Below are positions 56,384 to 64,000 of a stretch of 64,000 bases of DNA, piece after piece. The notes under the pieces are model-generated. The model saw nothing but the letters and a program-made list of their open reading frames with translations. It was not told the DNA's origin and made no database searches. Both the position numbers and the translations under genes were made by a program. Source of the DNA: Eledone cirrhosa (Eukaryota); contig OZ024762.1 of the NCBI GenBank assembly GCA_964016885.1, forward strand, positions 5,580,001 through 5,644,000. Reading direction: 5' to 3'. How positions within the stretch are numbered: the stretch's first letter is position 1; each line of letters begins with the position of its first letter.

Positions 56384-57181
56384 CTGCTAATGAAGAAATG
56401 GTGAGGATATATATATATATATATATATATATGCAAAAGGCAAACAGAAATAACAAAGCAAATGTTGGAGTACAATTAAGAAATATATTAGTTTTATGCT
56501 TGATATAGTAGGAAGAGAATCTTAATGTTTTGGATGCTAGCCCTAAATCAGAAAATAGACTGAGAAATTAAGAAGAAATAGAAAGATTTAGGAGAGTGAG
56601 TCGTGGCATGAAGACAAGTTATTAGGTAATTTGCTGTTATATGTATTTCTGTGGTGTCAGTTGTCACAATGACACTATTACACAAGTATGACACCTTCAG
56701 ACAACAATGGTTTAGGTAAAACATCTGATGATAAGGAGATGGAACTATTTCTGATGTTGCTATTTCAAGGTTTCGTCTTCATAGCAAAATTGGTAACATA
56801 AGGAAGATAAGGAAGACAGTAAGGAAAGATATATATACAATTTATATACACCTTTCTACAAGGGCAAAGGAGATGCCCTGGATAGAGGAAACTATATGGG
56901 GCATTAAGTTAGTTGATCAGGTCATGAAAGTCACAGAATGAGTTATTACTCAACTGATTAGAGACTGAATTGATTACATCTTTTATGTACCCATGTAGGA
57001 GACACGGTAAAAAGGCTTCTAGTCCACACTGTAAAGGTGGTTGGTGTTAGGAAGGGCATCCAGCTGCAGAAAACCTGCCAGAGACACTTTCGTATGAGTG
57101 AGACACGGTCTCCCAACCATTCCTGCAACAAATGGAACAAAACTTTCTAACCCATGCTAGCGTGGAAGATGGATGTTAAAC

Positions 57182-57215
<34 letters not shown>

Positions 57216-57329
57216 GTGATGATGGTGGTGGTGGTGGTGATGATGAGGATATTGATGATGATGATGATGATGATATATATATATATACACTCCTGTGTAT
57301 ATATTATATATAGTTCTCTATATACTCAC

Positions 57330-57409
57330 TTTCATTAATTTGTTGCATGGATTCTTTAAACTTTGTTCTCTCTGATGGTTCCTGATCTTCCAGACATCTT
57401 TCACGATCC
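57330..57409 (-). CDS. CBARP: CBARP-like gene internal exon (KDRERCLEDQEPSERTKFKESMQQINE)
   Basis: ttcattgcag acceptor, gtgagt donor; 80 nt, phase 2 to 1. Confidence 0.78.
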
Positions 57410-57636
57410 CTGCAATGAACACCAATAAACTTCCTTTAGCTATAACACAGATAGAAAACTCAGCAAATGATACTACTACCACCACCACCACCACCACCAC
57501 CACCACTACTACTATTACTAACAATAACAGCAATAATAAGAAAAACAATAAATAAATAAATTAATTAATTAAACCAAATTAAAAAAAAGGAAACTATTCT
57601 GAGATGAAAGAGTGTAAAAACGAAGAAGAAACTTAC

Positions 57637-57705
57637 TTGTGGTCTGATTGCATGGTGAGCAGCTGTTGAGGACAGAATGACGGCAAGGGCTCTAGAGAGG
57701 GGCTG
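57637..57705 (-). CDS. CBARP: CBARP-like gene internal exon (SSPSLEPLPSFCPQQLLTMQSDH)
   Basis: tattacag acceptor, gtaagt donor; 69 nt, phase 2 to 2. Confidence 0.78.
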
Positions 57706-58679
57706 CTGTAATAGAAATACACATTGTTAGACAAGGGCACCAGAGGGGGGCTACTGTAACAGAAATAGACATTGTTGGACTTTAGACAGTGGCTCTAGAG
57801 AGAGGCTACTGTTTTACAGATAGTTGAACCTTAGACAAGGGCTCTAGAGAGAGAGGCTAATGTCTAAAGTCTGTCTTGAGCTTGGAGGCTCATTAGGCTG
57901 CTACTTTTTCCAGTTATAGTGGTGTTAAGTGGCTGAGAACACAAGATTTCTCCCTAGATAGGATGCCAGTCTATTACAGGGTTAAACACCAGTTATTGCT
58001 GGTACTCATTTTCAGCTGAGCATATTGGAGCAATGTGAAATGAAGTGTTTTGCTCAAGAACAAAATACACAAGCCAGTCCAGGAATCAAACCCACGGCAT
58101 TATGATCTTAAGTCCAACACAAGAGACAGGTTGCTGAAATAGAAATAGTTGGAGTTGGACCTTAGATTTGGGGTTATCATCTAAATCAGGTGTCTCAAAC
58201 ACATGGCCCTTGGGCCACATGCAGCTCACAAAATACTTTTCTATGGTCCATGGCAGAACAATTTTCCTAACTAATATTTTCTTTAAACCTGGTAATTTGT
58301 CCCTGTTTTAATAATATTTAAAGTACAATATATTGGAGATGATGATGATGATATTGGAGAGATGCTGTGTGGAAAGGTCTGTAGAAATGCTGAAGATGAG
58401 ATTACAATTCACCCATGAAATACAATAAAATGTAAAAAAGGGGAATTTACCAAAAGTAATAACAGAATTATGGAAATTTGAAACAAATTTTGTTCTCTAC
58501 ATTTTGTAGTAAATTGCATATCCTTCTTACTATGATATGTGTGTTTATTAATAAATAGCAGCTTTTGAGTCTTTGATTGTGAGACTCCTGATCTAAATAG
58601 ACCCACGGTTAAGCTACGGTTGTCTCAGTGTGATAACAGAGGTAGAGAATTCTGGCCGGTTTGGGCTGGTTTGAACACT

Positions 58680-59305
58680 AAAGGGTTAAATTAACTAAAT
58701 GTGTCCAAATTATTGATTATTTGAAAATCATAGAGTGTTTTCCATTAGAAATATGGTAATAAAAGGGTTAAAATGTTTATATTTATCTAAAAAGTTTCCA
58801 TCATAATCTTATGTAAAAACCTTTGTTAAGTTATGTTCCAAACACTAGCTTAATAATAAGAAAGTTAGTTATATTACTAAATCCCTCTAAATATGATAAG
58901 AAAAAAAACCTTAAAGTGTTTATATTTATCTAAAAACTTTCCATCATAATTTTATGTAAGAACCTTTATTAAGTTATGATGTAAACATCAGCTTAACAAT
59001 GAGAATGTTAGTAATATTACAAAATCTGTTGAAATTTTTGATTATATTCAAAACAATTTAAAAACCATAGGCACTGTTTTTCATTAGAAATATAGTAACA
59101 AATAGGTTAAAATGTTTACATTTATTGAAAAAACTTCCATCACAATTTTATCTAAGAACCTTTGTTAAGTTATGATCCAAAAATCAGTTTAATAATGAAA
59201 GATTTGGTTATATCACTAAATTCCTCCGAATTCTTGATTATTTTCAAAATTATTAAAAAAATTGTAGGTAGTCTTTTCTTAGAAATATAGTTATGAAAGG
59301 TTTAA
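58680..59305. repeat. AT-rich ~150-170 bp tandem repeat family (also ~30310-30606, ~41560-41820, 63825-64000 reversed)
   Basis: aaagggttaaa..ttccatcataat..aacctttgttaagttatg..agcttaataatgagaaagt recurring. Confidence 0.75.
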
Positions 59306-60261
59306 TTGAGTAAACAGCAGAGTCTTTTGAGAGAATATCTTGAATTTTAATCGAGATATTCTCAAGAGGAAACCTACAAATTTTCAATTATGGCTTCTCT
59401 GCTGTTCTCAACATGAAAATAGACATCAAGAAATTAAGAGCTGAGAAAATCCATACAATTCGTGACATGAAAAAAAAACCTTGCTAATACATTATCATGA
59501 CTGAAGTATTAAGTGTGTAAGTCTGTGTATGTTTGTGTGTGTGTATATACGTGTATGTATATGTGTGTGTTTGTGTATGTGTGTGTATGTGTGTATGTAT
59601 ATGTGTGTGTTTGTGTATGTGTGTGTGTATGTGTGTTTGTGTATATATGTGTATATATGTGTATATATGTGTGTGTGTGTGTATACATGTATGTATATGT
59701 GTGTTTGTGTATGTGTGTGCGTGTGTATACATGTATGTATATGTATGTGTATGTATGTTTGTGTATATATGTGTGCATGTTTGTATACGTGTATGTATGT
59801 GTCTGTGTATATGTGTGTGTTTGTGTATCTGAGTGCGTATGTGTGTGGACATATATGATTTTATGTATCCATGTTTCTATGTATTATGTATGTATGTTAA
59901 ACCAGTGGGAGTGAAGGACCCCTAGCCTTTGTCAGGGCATTCTTCTAGGAGAAGGTAACTCAGGAAACTGGGATAACTCCGACATAAAACCTGCGGCTCA
60001 GTAGTTACCGATGATGTTGATCTTTTCTTCTTTTCAGGTCATAGCTACTGTCTCTCAGAGAGTGGGACTGGCTCAGTGCACAGTCTTTCCTCACTTTTAA
60101 AAAAATGTTCATGCACAGGCATTGCACAATAGAATTAATTAATAATGTTATATTGTGCAATGGCAATACTCGATAACGAGGGGGCCAGCCATTATGATGT
60201 GTGTATGTATATGTGTTTATGTATTTTTACATAAATATATGCATATATATGTATATATATA

Positions 60262-62991
60262 TCAGCTTACGCACCCCAATCGGGGCTGCCAGACGAACTT
60301 AAGGATAGGTTTTACGAGTCCCTAATACACACTACTGCTCTAACAGACGACAAGGACTTCCTAATCATTGCAGGAGATTTTAACGGACACGTAGGTAAAC
60401 ACTGCGACGGCTTCAATAGAGTACATGGAGGCCATGGAGTTGGCACAAGGAATGAGGAAGGATTCAGACTTCTAGAATTCTGCGACGCCAATGACATGTC
60501 GATATGTAACACAAACTTTAAAAAACCCGACAACCACCTGATCACCTATAGATCAGGGGAGCACTCTAGTCAGTTAGATTTTATTCTCATCAGAGGACGT
60601 GACAGATGGACGGTCGTAAACACAAAAGCCTTCCCTAGTGAGGAATGTACATCCCAACATAGCTTAGTTGTCAGCGACCTCACGGTCAGAACTAGACGAG
60701 CCCTGAAACAGAGGCCAACCTGGAGAAGAAAGATCTGGAAGCTGAAAGTCCCCTCAACCAGTAACAGATTTAAAGATATTTTACTCAACGCCTACGACAG
60801 TAAAGAAGAACAGATAGAGACATTTAACGTAGAAGAGAACTGGGAGTTCCTAAAAAATAACTTACTAGAGGCGACGGATGAGGTTTGTGGCTGGAGTAAG
60901 ACCTCAAGCAGGAGGAGAGTGACTTGGTGGTGGAACAATAAAGTAGATGAAGCAGTCAAGGCCAAGAGACAGGCATGGAAAGAATGGAAGAACGGGGGGA
61001 GCAGGGTACATTACATAGAGACCAAGAGGGAAGCTAGGCGACAAGTATACTTAGCTAGGAGGGAAGCAGAGGATAGAAAATTCAAGCATGTTTTACAACG
61101 TGAGGACCAGAAACAGGAGGTATTCAAGATTGCGAGGCAGTGTGTCAGAGATAGTTGTGATGTCATTGGAGAGAAGTGTATCCGGAATGATAAAGGTGAG
61201 CTTGCCCTCACAAGTGCTGAGAAGAAAGATGCATGGAAGAGTCATTATGATAGATTACTAAATGAGGAGAATGCATGGGAAGAAGAGACCCTACCCCACG
61301 TAGACCCTATAGAGGGACCAGCAGTACAAGTCAGCGGCAGCGTAGTAAGTAAGGCAATCAGAGATATGAAGATAGGGAAGGCAACCGGTCCATCGGGTAT
61401 AGCTGCCGAGATGCTGAAGGCATCTGGGTCTGTAGGTCACACTATAACCACACGTATCGTTAACCAGGTAATACTAGAGGGGGCCATACCAAAAGATTGG
61501 TGCAGTAGCATCATTGTCAACTGCTACAAAGGTAAAGGCGATGCACTAGATAGAGGAAACTATAGAGGTATAAAGTTGATGGACCAGGTCATGAAAGTAA
61601 CAGAAAGAGTTATAGCACAGCTGATTAGGGACCGGGTGAATATAGACGAGATGCAATTTGGGTTTGTTCCAGGGAAAGGCACCACTGATGCGCTCTTCCT
61701 TGTGAGGCAATTACAGGAAAAGTACCTAGCTAAAAGTAAGCCACTCTACTTGGCATTTGTCGACCTTGAGAAAGCCTTTGACAGAGTTCCACGTGCAGTA
61801 ATCTGGTGGGCTCTTAGAAAACTAGGAGTAGATGAATGGCTTGTGAAAGCGGTACAAGCCATGTATAGGGGAGCAGTCAGCAAAGTTAGGATTGGCAATG
61901 AGTATAGCGAGGAATTTAGCGTACAGGTTGGGGTCCACCAGGGCTCTGTTCTTAGCCCTCTCCTGTTCATCATAGTCCTGCAGGCAATAACGGAGGAGTT
62001 TAAGACCGGATGCCCATGGGAACTCCTGTATGCTGATGACCTCGCACTCATAGCTGAATCTATGGTAGAACTAGAGAATAAATTCCAAACCTGGAAGCAG
62101 GGACTAGAGAGAAAGGGCCTCAAAGTCAACATGACAAAGACTAAGGTCCTTATAAGTAGACGAGAAAACAGAACCCAGATCCCCTCAGGGAAATGGCCTT
62201 GCTCAGTATGTAGGAAAGGTGTAGGTAGGAACTCCATTCTTTGCCCCAAATGCAAACAATGGGTACACAAGAGATGTAGCGGGATCTCAGGAAGCTTAAT
62301 TAAGAATGTAGGATTCACATGCAGCAGCTGTGCTGAAACAGCAAGCAAACAGCCACAGGAAACAAGTACCACCAATCTCTGGGAGGGCCCTGTAGAAACA
62401 GTAGACAGCTTCTGCTACCTAGGTGACCGAATTAGCAACGGAGGTGGGTGCTCAGAAAGTACAATAACTAGGGTAAGAACGGGATGGAAGAAGTTTAGGG
62501 AACTACTACCACTGCTAGCTGCAAAAGGCTTCTCCCTCAGAATGAAAGGCAGACTGTATGATGCGTGTATCCGAACAGCGATGTTGCATGGTAGTGAGAC
62601 CTGGGCGCTGAAGGTGGAAGACTTACGTAGATTAGAGAGAAACGAAGCCTGCATGCTCCGATGGATGTGTAACAGTAATATACGTGAACGACAAAGCATA
62701 AATGAATTGAGAGAGAGACTGAGCATAAGAGGAATCAAATGCTGCGTGCAGGAGAGGCGGTTACGCTGGTATGGACATGTGATGCGTATGAAGGATGACA
62801 GCTGCATAAAAAGGTGCAGAGCACTAGAAGTTGATGGAAACCGCGGAGTGGGGAGACCCAAGATGACTTGGGATGAGGTGATAAAAGCCGACCTTACCCA
62901 ACTACACCTCTCAAAGTCAATGACACACGACCGTGACTTCTGGCGTCACGCAGTAATACAGGGTACCCGACCTCCCATGGGTACATGCTGA
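60262..62991 (+). mobile_element. RTE-clade LINE, 5'-truncated; uninterrupted ORF: partial AP endonuclease + reverse transcriptase
   Basis: SAYAPQ..GDFNGH..SQLDFIL..SQHSLV (APE); NYRGI, FVDLEKAFD, GVHQGSVLSP, LLYADD (RT); frame open from ~60262. Confidence 0.95.
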
Positions 62992-63018
62992 AGCATATAA
63001 ACAATATGCCCCCCCCCC

Positions 63019-63285
63019 CCCACCGCAAGGTGGTCGTGGAGGTGCCACGGCAAAAAAGCACCCAGCCCACACTGTAAAGTGGACGTGTAGGCGCCACGAA
63101 AAAGCACCCAGCACTCACTGTAAATGAGGTTGGTGTTAGGAAGGGCATCCAGCTGTAGAAATCAAGCCAGATCAGTTCCTGTATGAGCAAGGCATGGTCA
63201 GCCGACCAGACACTGCCCACAACAGGACAACCTGTCTAACCCATGCTAGCGTGGAAGAACGGACGTAAAACGGTGATGATGATTT
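63019..63285 (+). mobile_element. SINE/retroposon 3' portion adjoining LINE end
   Basis: gtggaggtgccacggcaaaaaagcacccagc..aggaagggcatccagc..(GAT)n shared with SINE B. Confidence 0.7.
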
Positions 63286-63331
63286 ATACATTAGTATGTA
63301 TATACATATATATACATACATATACATATAC

Positions 63332-63377
<46 letters not shown>

Positions 63378-63615
63378 ATAAGTAAACATGATTATATATA
63401 TATGCATATATATGTATTTATATATATATGCATATATATAAACAAACGTTGACATTTGTACATTATTCTATGTACTATACATGCACCTTTGATGAGTTGT
63501 AGTGCACCTGAGCACTGTACACAATAATTTCATTATTATATTATTATATATGTATATATATCCATATCTAGAATGTAATAACAATGACAACAATGGTAAT
63601 AATGTGACCACTTAC

Positions 63616-63761
63616 CTCCTCAACGATTTCTTCCTTTTCACACAGAATTTACATATAATGAAGACAGCCAGTACAATAAAAAGCCCACCTACAACTCCAG
63701 CAGTTAACACAATCACGGTTACCTGTGGAGCAACACTGGAATTAGGTCTTTCCGGTGTTAC
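63616..63761 (-). CDS. CBARP: CBARP-like gene exon encoding the transmembrane helix
   Basis: tttccag acceptor, gtaagt donor; VIVLTAGVVGGLFIVLAVFIIC followed by KRKK stop-transfer; phase 0 to 2. Confidence 0.8.
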
Positions 63762-64000
63762 CTGGAAACAGAAACAGATCACCTTAATATAATATTTAGT
63801 ATTCACCGTATTTCAAATGAATGACACTACGTTCTAAATTTTTTGGAAGATAATGAAGAATTTAGTAATATAACTAACTTTCTCATTATTAAGCTGATGT
63901 TTGGAATATAACTTAACAAAGGTTCCTACATAAATTATAATGGAAGGTTTTTAGATAATTGTTGTTACCGTATTTCAAATGAATTTTGAAAATAATCAAG

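Overview
AT-rich, microsatellite-laden animal DNA, most likely octopus/coleoid cephalopod (inferred from the SINE families and RTE LINE, not tested). Two convergent spliced genes bracket the window. On +, the last four exons of an unidentified protein (146-5438). On -, five exons (63761->52368) encode a single-pass membrane protein with CBARP/BARP-like motifs. Between them lie tRNA-derived SINEs, RTE/LINE fragments, a 5'-truncated RTE with an intact ORF (60262-62991), a Helitron, Penelope remnants with several type I hammerhead ribozymes, fold-back elements, minisatellites and a 200-N gap. The main unexplained signal is at 14.8-28.1 kb: four copies (two +, two -) of a CpG-rich ~150-165 nt element. 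By hand it folds into a conserved multi-stem RNA with a C(UUCG)G tetraloop, G-U pairs and compensatory changes. Each copy has TATAAG exactly 33 nt upstream, an upstream inverted repeat and a downstream splice donor. I could not match it to any known ncRNA. All folds and alignments were done by eye.
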